From IMG/VR virus record IMGVR_UViG_3300008267_000011, positions 30,416-94,415 of that record: a DNA stretch of 64,000 nt; one strand, written 5' to 3'. How positions within the stretch are numbered: the stretch's first letter is position 1; the number at the start of each line of letters is the position of its first letter. The position numbers and the translations under genes are program-made. Source of the stretch: a virus. Positions 16,486-26,440 of this stretch are shown here, one piece after another. The notes below the pieces were generated by a model, which saw nothing but the letters and a program-made list of their open reading frames with translations, made no database searches and was not told where the DNA came from.

Positions 16486-18060
16486 ATGTCAGAAAAGACC
16501 TTAAAAGAGATCATTAAGGAGGAGTACGTTAAGTGCGCTACTAATCCTGGGTACTTTATTAACAAGTACTGCATGATCCAACATCCAACGAGAGGAAAGA
16601 TACCTTTCCACTTATACCCATATCAGGTAACTACGTTGGATGACTTTATGAAGTTCGATAGAACAATCGTACTAAAGTCTCGTCAGCTTGGCATCAGTAC
16701 GCTTATTGCAGCTTATAGTCTATGGTTGATTCTTTTCCATAGCGATAAGAACGTGCTCGTAGTAGCGATTGATCAAAACACATCCAAGAACCTTGTAACA
16801 AAGGTTCGAGTTATGTTTGACAACTTACCAAGTTGGTTAAAGATGAAATGTGTAGAGAGTAATAAACTCTCAATGCGATTATCAAACGGTTCTCAAATTA
16901 AAGCAGTAGCAAGTACAGGAACATCAGGACGTTCAGAGGCACTATCGTTGGTTATTATTGACGAGGCAGCTTTCGTAGATGGAGCTGAAGAGTTGTGGGC
17001 ATCCTTGCAACAAACGCTATCTACTGGAGGACAGGGTATCCTATTATCGACTCCAAATGGTACTGGTAACTTTTTCCATAAGATTTGGATTAAGGCAGAG
17101 GCTGGAGAAAATAAGTTTAAGACTATTCGCCTACCTTGGCAAGTGCATCCAGAAAGAGACCAAGAGTGGAGAGATAGGCAAGACGCTGAGTTGGGTCTCA
17201 GATTAGCAGCACAAGAGTGCGATTGCGACTTTAGTAGTTCGGGTAATACACTAGTGGATCCTGGATTAATACAATGGTACTTGGCAACATATGCACAAGA
17301 ACCAGTAGAGAGGAGAGGTGCAGACCAAAGCTATTGGTTATGGGAACAACCATCAATGAGCAAGAGCTATATTGTAACAGCAGACGTTGCTCGAGGTGAT
17401 GGATCCGATTACTCAGCATTTCATGTAATTGAACCAGAAAGCTTAACTCAAGTAGCGGAGTTTAAAGGCCAATTAACAACAAAGGATTTTGGAAACATGC
17501 TAGTAAACGTAGCTACGGAGTGGAATGATGCATTGCTGGTAATAGAAAATAACAACGTAGGTTGGGCAACCATTCAACAAGTTTTAGATAGAGGCTACAA
17601 AAACCTATACTACACATACAAGAGCGACGTATTAGACTCAGACGTCTTCTTAGCAAAAGGATACGACTTAGTCAGCAAGATTGATATGGTTGCTGGATTT
17701 ACAATGTCACATAAGGTCAGACCACTTGCAATTAGTAAGTTTGATTTGCTAACCCGCGAAAAAAGCATTATATTCAGAAGTAAGCGATTTATGGATGAGT
17801 TAGCTACTTTCATTTGGAAAGAGGGCAAAGCTCAAGCAGCAAATGGATATAATGACGACTTAGTAATGTGTATGTGTCAGGGTATTTGGGTTAGAGATAC
17901 GGCTTTAAGATTAAGACAAGCTGGTATTGATATTACAAAGGCATCTCTTAACGCATCAAAGAGTTCAGCAACGCTTTACTCTGGAACAACGTTCAGGTCA
18001 AGTAACCCATGGAAGCAGAATGTCCAAGGTCGCGATGAAGATTTAACGTGGTTATTGTAA
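16486..18060 (+). CDS. terL: Terminase large subunit (gp17-like)
   Basis: YPYQ adenine motif, Walker A KSRQLGIST, Walker B IIDEAAF, coupling motif STPNG, nuclease motifs DVARG, ENN and NDDLV. Confidence 0.95.
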   Translation: MSEKTLKEIIKEEYVKCATNPGYFINKYCMIQHPTRGKIPFHLYPYQVTTLDDFMKFDRTIVLKSRQLGISTLIAAYSLWLILFHSDKNVLVVAIDQNTSKNLVTKVRVMFDNLPSWLKMKCVESNKLSMRLSNGSQIKAVASTGTSGRSEALSLVIIDEAAFVDGAEELWASLQQTLSTGGQGILLSTPNGTGNFFHKIWIKAEAGENKFKTIRLPWQVHPERDQEWRDRQDAELGLRLAAQECDCDFSSSGNTLVDPGLIQWYLATYAQEPVERRGADQSYWLWEQPSMSKSYIVTADVARGDGSDYSAFHVIEPESLTQVAEFKGQLTTKDFGNMLVNVATEWNDALLVIENNNVGWATIQQVLDRGYKNLYYTYKSDVLDSDVFLAKGYDLVSKIDMVAGFTMSHKVRPLAISKFDLLTREKSIIFRSKRFMDELATFIWKEGKAQAANGYNDDLVMCMCQGIWVRDTALRLRQAGIDITKASLNASKSSATLYSGTTFRSSNPWKQNVQGRDEDLTWLL

Positions 18061-18093
18061 GTACCACATATTTATCTAAAAGCGCTTTAAAAT

Positions 18094-19902
18094 ATGGCAG
18101 AGAACAATCCTTCTCTATTTCAGAGGTTACAGAGATTGTTTTCCACCGATGTTATCATTCGTAACGTTGGAGGGAATCAATTAAAAGTTATAGACGTTGA
18201 CAAAGTACAGTCAAGTGGTAACATTGATCAGAATCGACGTGTAGATCGCTTCTCCCGTATGTATCAAAACATGCCGGGATTTTCCTATTATCATGGACAG
18301 CTTCACTTAGCTACTCGTCTAGAGTTGTTTAAGGACTACGAAGCAATGGACACAGATAGTATTATTTCATCCGCTTTGGATTTGTACGCTGATGAGTGTA
18401 CAACAAAAGATGAGATGGGTAATGTTTTAATTATCCGATCTCCAAATGAAAAAGTACAGAAGGTATTGCATAACTTATTTTACGACATTCTAAATGTTGA
18501 ATTTAACTTATGGCCTTGGACTAGAAACCTACTAAAGTACGGAGACTTCTTCTTAAAACTAAACATAGCAGATAAGTACGGTATCATTGGTGTAGAGCCA
18601 ATGGCAGCTTATGAGATCATTCGTGAAGAAAACTTTGATCCAGAGAACCCATCGAGAGTTAGATTCAAGAGAGATTTTTCTGCACTAGCTGCAAGATCTC
18701 ACGTCGTTAACACAGAGACTGAGGAGTTTGAGAACTACGAAGTTGCTCACTTCCGTCTATTAACGGACACAAACTTCTTGCCATACGGACGTTCTCTAAT
18801 TGAACCTGCAAGAAAGGTTTGGAAACAGATCACTCTAATGGAAGATGCGATGTTGATTCACCGTATTATGCGTGCTCCAGACAAGCGTGTATTTAAAATC
18901 GATATCGGAAACATTCCACCAAACGAAGTAGATGCTTACATGGAAGGAATGATCAACCGTATCAAGAAAGTTCCTTTTGTCGATCCTGAGACAGGACAAT
19001 ACAACTTGAAGTACAACATGATGAACCTACTTGAGGACTTCTACTTCCCAGTACGTGGAGGAGAGAGTGCAACAGCTGTAGAGTCTTTGGCGGGTGTACA
19101 ATATGACAGTATCCAAGACATTGAATACCTTAAAGCTCGTTTGTTGGGATCATTGAAGATTCCAAAAGCTTTCCTAGGATTTGAAGAAGACATCTCAGGT
19201 AAGGCAACACTAGCATCACAAGACTTTCGTTTTGCTAGAACAGTTGAGCGTATTCAACGCATTATTGCTAGTGAGCTTTACAAGATAGCAATCATTCACC
19301 TTTACTCACAAGGATTTAACGACCAAGACCTAGTTGATTTTGAACTAGAACTGACTGTAGGATCATCCGTATACGAAAAAGAAAAGGTTGAGATTTGGTC
19401 AAGCAAAGTTACCCTAGCTGGTGATATGGTTGACAAAAAGCTATTTAGTCGTCAATGGGTATATGAAAACCTATTTGGTATGTCCGATGATGAGTTCCTA
19501 AAAGAACAAGAGAGAATGGTTCAAGATTACAAATTACAATTTCGTCTTGAGCAGATTAAAACAGAAGGTAATGATCCAGTTAAGACAGGAATGTCCTTTG
19601 GTACTCCACACGACCTTGCATCACTATATAAAGGTAATGGAGGAGTTCCAGGTGGGTACGATGAGAAGATGCCTGAAGGAGGCTGGCCAGGTGCTGGACG
19701 TCCAGAGGAATCAGGTACATATGGTACACATAAGCACCCATTAGGTTGGGATCCTTTGGGAAACAAAGGAAGAAGGGTTAATGAAGAGTTTACAATGTTT
19801 ATTAGAAATTTGAAAGGGAGTGCATTGAAGCAGACAATTGGTAACACATCTGAAATTTCAGAGCCAGATTTGCTCTCAGAGTCTAACATTTTAAACGATT
19901 AA
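18094..19902 (+). CDS. Portal protein (gp20-like)
   Basis: EDAMLIHRIMRAPDKRVFKIDIGNIPP, LEDFYFPVRG and LKIPKAFL match T4-type portals; directly follows terL. Confidence 0.93.
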   Translation: MAENNPSLFQRLQRLFSTDVIIRNVGGNQLKVIDVDKVQSSGNIDQNRRVDRFSRMYQNMPGFSYYHGQLHLATRLELFKDYEAMDTDSIISSALDLYADECTTKDEMGNVLIIRSPNEKVQKVLHNLFYDILNVEFNLWPWTRNLLKYGDFFLKLNIADKYGIIGVEPMAAYEIIREENFDPENPSRVRFKRDFSALAARSHVVNTETEEFENYEVAHFRLLTDTNFLPYGRSLIEPARKVWKQITLMEDAMLIHRIMRAPDKRVFKIDIGNIPPNEVDAYMEGMINRIKKVPFVDPETGQYNLKYNMMNLLEDFYFPVRGGESATAVESLAGVQYDSIQDIEYLKARLLGSLKIPKAFLGFEEDISGKATLASQDFRFARTVERIQRIIASELYKIAIIHLYSQGFNDQDLVDFELELTVGSSVYEKEKVEIWSSKVTLAGDMVDKKLFSRQWVYENLFGMSDDEFLKEQERMVQDYKLQFRLEQIKTEGNDPVKTGMSFGTPHDLASLYKGNGGVPGGYDEKMPEGGWPGAGRPEESGTYGTHKHPLGWDPLGNKGRRVNEEFTMFIRNLKGSALKQTIGNTSEISEPDLLSESNILND

Positions 19903-19928
19903 CCGAACTAATACATATTTATTACTAG

Positions 19929-20798
19929 ATGAAAAAATCGAGCCACAACAAAATTAAGAATACAATAATCTTGTTTGAGTTGCTTACAAGACAAGTAGCA
20001 TCCGATACGCTGAAGGGTGTCGAAAAGTCGCCTGCATTAACCATCATTAAGAACCACTTCAAGTCCAACTCAGCACTAGGAAAGGAATTGGTAATGTATC
20101 AGACGTTGGTAAACGAAAGCTACAAAAGTAAGGCTAAGGCAACTTCGTTGATGAGTACTGTAGTTGGGTTAAGAAAGAAGCTAACTAACGAATCTCTAAA
20201 AAAAGAGAAGTATGAATTGATCCGCGAGATCAAAAAGCATTACGATCTAGCAGCCTTCTTTAATACTAAGATTCAAAGCTACAAACTATTTGCATCAATA
20301 TACAGAGTATTTGAAGGTGTATCAGTAGCACGTGCAGCTGAGTTAGTCGATAGTCGTTTTACGATTATTGAGCACTTGACTCGAACAAAGCAAAAGACTG
20401 CAGAGGACGGATCAGCTATCGTACTTAATGAGTATAAGAAGCAGGATCAGGATGTTCGTTTACTAGCGTATCAGTTAATGGTTGATAAGTTTAATGCAAA
20501 GTATGCAGACCTTTCACCAAGACAAAGAAACATCCTAAAGGAATACATCAACAACGTATCAAACACTGATAACCTAAGAGAGTTTATGCTTAAGGAAGCA
20601 TACGCTTTGAAGTTGGAATTACAGAAGCAAGCAAAAGCTGTTACTGATAAGGTTGTTAAGATTAAACTTAACGAAGCTGTTGGTTTGATGAAGAAGTACG
20701 AAAAGACAAAGAGTGTTAAAGAGCACAACGTGCTATCACTTTTATTATACCATGAACTACTAAAAGAGCTAAGACATGCGCAAAAAGGATCTAAGTGA
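19929..20798 (+). CDS. Conserved hypothetical head-region protein
   Basis: Basic helical 289-aa ORF (HNKIKNTIILFELL) between portal and protease; late motif at 19916-19923. Confidence 0.7.
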   Translation: MKKSSHNKIKNTIILFELLTRQVASDTLKGVEKSPALTIIKNHFKSNSALGKELVMYQTLVNESYKSKAKATSLMSTVVGLRKKLTNESLKKEKYELIREIKKHYDLAAFFNTKIQSYKLFASIYRVFEGVSVARAAELVDSRFTIIEHLTRTKQKTAEDGSAIVLNEYKKQDQDVRLLAYQLMVDKFNAKYADLSPRQRNILKEYINNVSNTDNLREFMLKEAYALKLELQKQAKAVTDKVVKIKLNEAVGLMKKYEKTKSVKEHNVLSLLLYHELLKELRHAQKGSK

Positions 20799-21525
20799 AG
20801 TACAGGCGTTTGTTAAAGAGCTGAACAAAAAGCTTAAAGAAGGTAGTACTACTGATGGAGCTGGTGGTTATCCAACTCCTAAAGCTTTTGTAGGTGATGA
20901 GGATGCTGAAGGAAGTAAGAAAGGCTTAGATGCCTCTACAGCATTTACTGTCAAGCCACCAAAGAAAAAAAAGTTCTTCATCGGATATAAGGACCAGGGA
21001 GTTCACTTATCCGATATCAAAGAAGCAAACTACAGACAATTCAAAGAGGATGCTTCTATTCCAAACCACAAGAAAATCAATCAAGCCATTCTTGAGATCA
21101 ATCGCAAGATTTCCGAAATTAATAAGCTATTTGAACACTCCATAAAGCTAAAAACAGAAACTCAAGTAGGAGATGAAAAATTGTGGAAGAAAACTAACGA
21201 AGCTTTGCTTAAGATTCATAGAAGATTAAACGAAGCAACTAAGCGTGTAAGAAACGTTGCAAATCTCAAAGAGATAGAAGTCAATACAGCTAAGGACAAG
21301 TTTCTAAAGATTTTTATGAGAGCTGGTATGACTATCGATGCACAAGACGTTGAGATAGTAAAGCAAGGCAACACCCACATTATCGATGTGATGATAAATG
21401 GGGAACCTTCTGGATTTGATCTAGAAAACGACATCCTAACTTATCAAGGCTTTGATAAAGAAGTTGAGCTGGGAAATATTAACAGAGAACAAGAGGTTGC
21501 CGACAAGCTTAAAACAATATTCTGA
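20776..21525 (+). CDS. Hypothetical head-region (prohead core-like) protein
   Basis: 249 aa with LKE and IKE sites separating modules; lies in the head cluster. Confidence 0.65.
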   Translation: MRKKDLSEVQAFVKELNKKLKEGSTTDGAGGYPTPKAFVGDEDAEGSKKGLDASTAFTVKPPKKKKFFIGYKDQGVHLSDIKEANYRQFKEDASIPNHKKINQAILEINRKISEINKLFEHSIKLKTETQVGDEKLWKKTNEALLKIHRRLNEATKRVRNVANLKEIEVNTAKDKFLKIFMRAGMTIDAQDVEIVKQGNTHIIDVMINGEPSGFDLENDILTYQGFDKEVELGNINREQEVADKLKTIF

Positions 21526-21536
21526 TATTTATTAAC

Positions 21537-22136
21537 ATGAAAACATTACTTATAGATTCAATCGGATGCCTCTCTGTAACCCCAGAGCAGATCAACGAGT
21601 CTATGCAACAAAACAACGGAAAGGTTATTCTATCCGGAGTTATGCAAAGAGCAGATGCCACTAACCAAAATGGCAGACAATACCCTGAGGATATCCTACG
21701 TCGTGAAGCTGACAAGTATAAGCAAGTATTTGTAACAGAGCGTAGAGCATTAGGAGAATTAGATCATCCAGACTCATCCGTAGTGAACCTACAAAACGTA
21801 TCGCATAACGTAGTTGATCTATGGTGGAATGGTGGTGATTTAATGGGTAAGATAGAAATCCTAAGCACCCCATCAGGAAACATTGCAAAAGAGTTGCTAA
21901 AGTCCGGTATCCGTTTAGGAATCAGCTCTCGTGGCATGGGTAGTGTTAAAAATATTGGAGAAGGAAAGGTAGAAGTTCAAGACGACTTTGAAATTGTTTG
22001 TTGGGACTTGGTATCTAATCCATCTACACACGGTGCATTTATGTCACCACTTAACGAATCGGTATCTCACGACAACAAGCAAAACAAGTACACAAAGGTA
22101 CACTCATTGATAAACGATATAATCTCAGTAATGTAA
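21537..22136 (+). CDS. Prohead core protease (gp21-like)
   Basis: NQNGRQY, ALGELDHP (catalytic His), GISSRGMGS (catalytic Ser) and DLVSNPS. Confidence 0.95.
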   Translation: MKTLLIDSIGCLSVTPEQINESMQQNNGKVILSGVMQRADATNQNGRQYPEDILRREADKYKQVFVTERRALGELDHPDSSVVNLQNVSHNVVDLWWNGGDLMGKIEILSTPSGNIAKELLKSGIRLGISSRGMGSVKNIGEGKVEVQDDFEIVCWDLVSNPSTHGAFMSPLNESVSHDNKQNKYTKVHSLINDIISVM

Positions 22137-22137
22137 T

Positions 22138-22503
22138 ATGAAACTCAAGAAATTATTAGAAGGACTAGAAGGAGATTCCCCTAAAAAGACCACAAACGAA
22201 AAGGCTGCGTTCATTCAGGAAGTGAAAAAGTTTAACGAATACGGATCGGTAATCTATCGTACTGAGGATCTACGTCGTGTTGCTGAGGAGATCAATGAGC
22301 TTGTGACTAAAGCAGAAGCAGTAACCCTACAAGAAACTCAAGACTGGTTTGACGAGATTACGGTAAAGCGTAATCTAAAGACTTTGCGTGAAGGCAATAA
22401 GCAGTTTGGACAAACTGTGAAGGAAATCTCTAAACTACAACAACGTTTAGAATCTTTGTACGAAGAAATGGGTCACAATCTATCAAGATACTATGAGCTT
22501 TAA
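22138..22503 (+). CDS. Hypothetical coiled-coil head protein
   Basis: Starts MKLKKLLE; helical; lies in the head cluster. Confidence 0.7.
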   Translation: MKLKKLLEGLEGDSPKKTTNEKAAFIQEVKKFNEYGSVIYRTEDLRRVAEEINELVTKAEAVTLQETQDWFDEITVKRNLKTLREGNKQFGQTVKEISKLQQRLESLYEEMGHNLSRYYEL

Positions 22504-22894
22504 AATACTCAAACTAAAAGACTTAATACCACTTCGTGAAGCTGAAGGTGACGAAGAGGAAGCTGGTGGTGGAAATCCATTTGCTGCTGCTGGAGGAGAC
22601 GAGGGTGGTGCTGAAGGTGGTGACGATGCTGCTGCTGCAGATGATGCAGGAGGTGATGAAGCCGGTGCTGAAGGTGGAGAAGAAGGAGGCGAAGAGGAAA
22701 CGGGAGATGCTAAGAAGCAGCCTGATTTAAAGTACCCTATTAAGTTCAATATTGGTAGAGTAAAAAAATACAACAATGCTGATTTTATTAGCAACCAAGG
22801 AGAATTAAAGAGCATCAACAGCAAGGGAATGACTGTAACAGTTCAACCAGACAATGTAGATGTGTTTGTGAATTTTAACGATATTATCGACTAA
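22493..22894 (+). CDS. Hypothetical head protein with Gly/Glu/Asp low-complexity tract
   Basis: N-terminus MSFKILKLKDLIPLRE, then an acidic Gly-rich linker and a small C-terminal domain. Confidence 0.65.
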   Translation: MSFKILKLKDLIPLREAEGDEEEAGGGNPFAAAGGDEGGAEGGDDAAAADDAGGDEAGAEGGEEGGEEETGDAKKQPDLKYPIKFNIGRVKKYNNADFISNQGELKSINSKGMTVTVQPDNVDVFVNFNDIID

Positions 22895-23550
22895 TGAAAC
22901 TGCAACCAATACTAGAAGGAATCCTTAGAGAGGAAGAAGATAAGAAGCAAATTGCAGCCATGGACCAAGCTATGCAATCAGCAGCTGCTGAACTTGCTAA
23001 GTTGTATAAGGATAATGAGGCTGAGATTAAACAAGATGTTGAGCAATCAGAAGAAGAGCTCAATGAGTCTTTAGGAGCAGTAGCTATTATTGGATTTATC
23101 CTAGCTCTACCTAAAGTAGTGGAGTTGCTAGTTAAGGGAATAGGTAAAATCGTAGCTGTTTGGAAAAAGCTAGTTAAACCAGGACAAGCTAAGGGTAACG
23201 AAGAGGAGTTTGCTCATAACATTATTGAGTTTACGCACAAATGGCACAAGACCTACATTAAAGGATTGAAATGGATTCTACAGATGTCAGGAGTATTTAA
23301 GAAAGCAAACATTACTGGAGATGCTGCACAGATGAAAGCAGCAGAAGCAATATACTATACAATTATTGCAGGACTAGCAATTTACTCCGGAGTGGGTGCA
23401 GTAGGCGCATTTAAAGCAGCAGCTCAAGGAGCAGCACATGGCGGTAGCTTTTCGCTAGGAGCATTTGAAGCAGCTATGGCTTCTGTTAAGACGGGAGAAG
23501 TTGGAGAGTTTCTTGGGAAACTTGGACTAAAGGCTGCAAAAGCTGCATAA
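22894..23550 (+). CDS. Hypothetical protein with hydrophobic helices, putative head-internal/ejection protein
   Basis: Starts MKLQPILEGILREE; an LNE site immediately precedes a hydrophobic segment. Confidence 0.65.
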   Translation: MKLQPILEGILREEEDKKQIAAMDQAMQSAAAELAKLYKDNEAEIKQDVEQSEEELNESLGAVAIIGFILALPKVVELLVKGIGKIVAVWKKLVKPGQAKGNEEEFAHNIIEFTHKWHKTYIKGLKWILQMSGVFKKANITGDAAQMKAAEAIYYTIIAGLAIYSGVGAVGAFKAAAQGAAHGGSFSLGAFEAAMASVKTGEVGEFLGKLGLKAAKAA

Positions 23551-23692
23551 TTTCTGGAAAATTTTATCGTTTGGTGGTTTTATAGACTACCTATAGAGGA
23601 ATACGTCATCATCTATATGGCGTTGCTTTAATATAATCGAATTGTGGCTCCCAATCTAATAGCCGCACAAAACCAAAAAACATTTATTAAAA

Positions 23693-24715
23693 ATGAACAA
23701 ATTGCTTAAAGACGCAATCGCAGACGCTAAAGCCGTACGCGAAACCGCCTTGGCTAACGCTAAACTAGCATTGGAAGAAGCATTTGCTCCAAAACTCCAA
23801 AACATGGTATCTGCAAAGATCCGTGAAGAAATGGACGAAGAAGAGCCAATGGGAACTGAAGATGAGATGATGGCTGGTCAAGACGAAGAAACCCGCATGA
23901 AAGAGCTTGCTGGAATTTCTGAAGAAGATGAAGACTACTCTGAAGAGGGTGGTGAAGAAGACTTCGGAGGAGAAGAAGGTGGAGAAGAAGATTTCGGCGG
24001 TGAAGAAGACTACTCCGACGAAGGAGAAGAGGACTTTTCAGATGAAGGTGGAGAAGAAGACTTCTCTGACGAAAGCGACGAGGACCTAGAAGAAATTCTA
24101 CGCGAACTAGACGCTGAAGGATCTTCAGAAGAAGAGGAAATGATGGAAGGTGAAGGCGAAGAAGAAGAAATGGATCTTGATGAAATCATCAACGCACTTC
24201 GTGAAGAAGAGGGCGAAGAAGAGGACAAAGAGGAAATGGACGAAGAAATCGACCTTAACGAACTACTAAACTCTTTGAACGAAGAGGAAGGTGAAGAAGA
24301 AGAGAAAGAAGAGATGGAAGAAGGCAAAATGAAGATGAAGAAGAAAATGAACAAAATGGAGGAAGAGCTTAACGAAGCTTACTCTGCTGTTAAATTCTTG
24401 CGCACTAAGCTTTCTGAAGTTAATCTTTTGAACGCTAAACTTCTTTATGTGAACAAATTGTTCCGTAACAACCTAACCGAAGCTCAAAAGGTTAAGATCA
24501 TTGAAACATTTGATCGTGCTAAGACTGTAAGAGAAGCTAAACTTGTTTTTGCAACTCTATCAGAATCAATCAAAGTAAATGTTTCTACAAAAACAAACAA
24601 CAAAAAGTCTGTTATGGAAGGATACGCTTCTAAGCCAACCAAGAAAACTAACACTGTGTTGACTGAAGGAAACGATATTGCAAACAGATTTAAAAAGTTA
24701 GCAGGTATTATTTAA
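23693..24715 (+). CDS. Prohead core scaffolding protein (gp22-like)
   Basis: Highly acidic centre with EEDFGGEE repeats, coiled-coil ends, located immediately before the major capsid gene, ending FKKLAGII. Confidence 0.85.
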   Translation: MNKLLKDAIADAKAVRETALANAKLALEEAFAPKLQNMVSAKIREEMDEEEPMGTEDEMMAGQDEETRMKELAGISEEDEDYSEEGGEEDFGGEEGGEEDFGGEEDYSDEGEEDFSDEGGEEDFSDESDEDLEEILRELDAEGSSEEEEMMEGEGEEEEMDLDEIINALREEEGEEEDKEEMDEEIDLNELLNSLNEEEGEEEEKEEMEEGKMKMKKKMNKMEEELNEAYSAVKFLRTKLSEVNLLNAKLLYVNKLFRNNLTEAQKVKIIETFDRAKTVREAKLVFATLSESIKVNVSTKTNNKKSVMEGYASKPTKKTNTVLTEGNDIANRFKKLAGII

Positions 24716-24742
24716 AAACAAAAACTCTAAAAACTCAAAAAA

Positions 24743-26359
24743 ATGAATTTATTCGAAAACATTCAAGAGCCAAACAGAGGACAAGAAAACCGCGCCTTAG
24801 TAGGTAAGTGGAAGAAGTCTGGTCTTTTGGAAGGCTTGAAAGGTACAGAACAAGCAACTGTTGCTGTCCTTTTGGAAAATCAAGCAAAGCAGTTGATTAA
24901 GGAAGGTAACGCTTCTTCTGCTGGTACAGCTGGTGCTGGATTTGAACAATGGCACGGTGTTGCTTTGCCTTTGATCCGTCGTGTATTTGCTGAGATCTCT
25001 GCAAAAGAGTTCGTCAGCGTACAACCAATGAACCTACCTTCTGGTCTAGTATTCTATTTGGATTTCAAATATGGTACTAACAAAGGACCACAAGGATTTG
25101 CACCTGGTGCTAAGAACCAAACTGGTACTTTGCAAGGTATCACTTCACAGTCTGGAGCTCCAACCGACGGTCTTTATGGCGCTGGTCGTTTTGGATATTC
25201 TGCAAACAACAAAGCTAACACAGGAGTGTTGACAACTACCGGTTCTACGAGCTTAGGTGATGTAAACTACGACGGAGCTTTCACAGCTTCAGTAAACACA
25301 GCAACTGGGTACAAGACAGTAGCGGTAACTTTGCCAACTGACGCAGATGCTTTGGCCGTTCGTTCATTCCGTTTGTTCTCTGGATCAACTGAATTGACTG
25401 CAGGAACTCAATACTTCCCAGCATTCACCAAGGTTGCAGGTGGCAATGTGCAATTCGTAATTACTGCATCTGCAGTAACTACTGGATCTTTCACAGCTGC
25501 AATTTCCTACTCTATCCAACCAACTAACGATGCTCGTACAGACTTTGAATACGCTGCAAATCGTGTAAGCGATTCTAGCTCATTGAGCCTAGACACTGAC
25601 CTTAACATCCCAGAAATCGAATTGCAAATGCGTTCAATTCCTGTGACTGCTAAGACTCGTAAGTTGAAAGCAAGCTGGACTCCAGAATTTGCTCAAGACC
25701 TTAACGCTTACCATTCAGTAGATGCTGAAGCAGAATTGACTGCTATGTTGTCTGAGTACGTTTCTATGGAAATTGACTTGGAAATCTTAGATATGTTGAT
25801 TTCTTCTGCTGCTACTACTGAGTACTGGTCAGCTGAGGTTGGTAAGAACTACAATGCTGCAACACAAGCGTTTGAAACTTCTGGATTCAGTGGTCAAGCT
25901 TATATTCAAGGTACTTGGTTTGCTACATTGGGAACAAAACTACAAAAAGTTTCTAACCAAATCCACGCTAAGACCCTTCGTGGTGGTGCTAACTTCCTAG
26001 TATGTTCTCCAGACGTATCTACTATCCTTGAGTCTATCCCAGGATATGCTGCAGATGGTGATGGTGAAAAAGTTAAGTATGCAATGGGTGTACAGAAAGT
26101 GGGTGCTTTGACTAGCCGCTACACAGTGTACAAGAACCCATACATGCAAGAGAACACTGTATTGATGGGATTCCGTGGATCTCAGTTCTTGGAAACAGGT
26201 GCTGTGTACGCTCCATACATTCCATTGATGTTGACTCCACTTGTATACGATCCTGCTAACTTCATCCCACGTCGTGGTGTGATGACACGTTACGCTAAGA
26301 TCGTCACTCGTCCAGAGTTCTACGGTAAGGTGTATGTAGCTGGTTTAGCTCAATACTAA
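24743..26359 (+). CDS. Major capsid protein (gp23-like)
   Basis: LLENQ, VSVQPMNLPSGLVFYL, VTAKTRKLKASWTPEFAQDLNAYH, YAPYIPL and GVMTRYA are T4-type capsid motifs. Confidence 0.97.
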   Translation: MNLFENIQEPNRGQENRALVGKWKKSGLLEGLKGTEQATVAVLLENQAKQLIKEGNASSAGTAGAGFEQWHGVALPLIRRVFAEISAKEFVSVQPMNLPSGLVFYLDFKYGTNKGPQGFAPGAKNQTGTLQGITSQSGAPTDGLYGAGRFGYSANNKANTGVLTTTGSTSLGDVNYDGAFTASVNTATGYKTVAVTLPTDADALAVRSFRLFSGSTELTAGTQYFPAFTKVAGGNVQFVITASAVTTGSFTAAISYSIQPTNDARTDFEYAANRVSDSSSLSLDTDLNIPEIELQMRSIPVTAKTRKLKASWTPEFAQDLNAYHSVDAEAELTAMLSEYVSMEIDLEILDMLISSAATTEYWSAEVGKNYNAATQAFETSGFSGQAYIQGTWFATLGTKLQKVSNQIHAKTLRGGANFLVCSPDVSTILESIPGYAADGDGEKVKYAMGVQKVGALTSRYTVYKNPYMQENTVLMGFRGSQFLETGAVYAPYIPLMLTPLVYDPANFIPRRGVMTRYAKIVTRPEFYGKVYVAGLAQY

Positions 26360-26380
26360 TCCGCAATAGCGAATAATTAA

Positions 26381-26410
26381 AAAGCCCCTCCATGTGAGGG
26401 GTTTTTTGTT
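26381..26410 (+). terminator. Rho-independent terminator after the major capsid gene
   Basis: Stem GCCCCTC / GAGGGGT with loop CATGT, followed by a T-run. Confidence 0.85.
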
Positions 26411-26440
26411 TTTGCAATCTATTTATAGGAAACAATATCT

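Noticed and set aside
23920-24330. GAAGAAGA-rich repeats resembling a repeat array or CRISPR
   Set aside because: They are codons of the acidic scaffold protein, with no constant repeat plus unique spacer structure.
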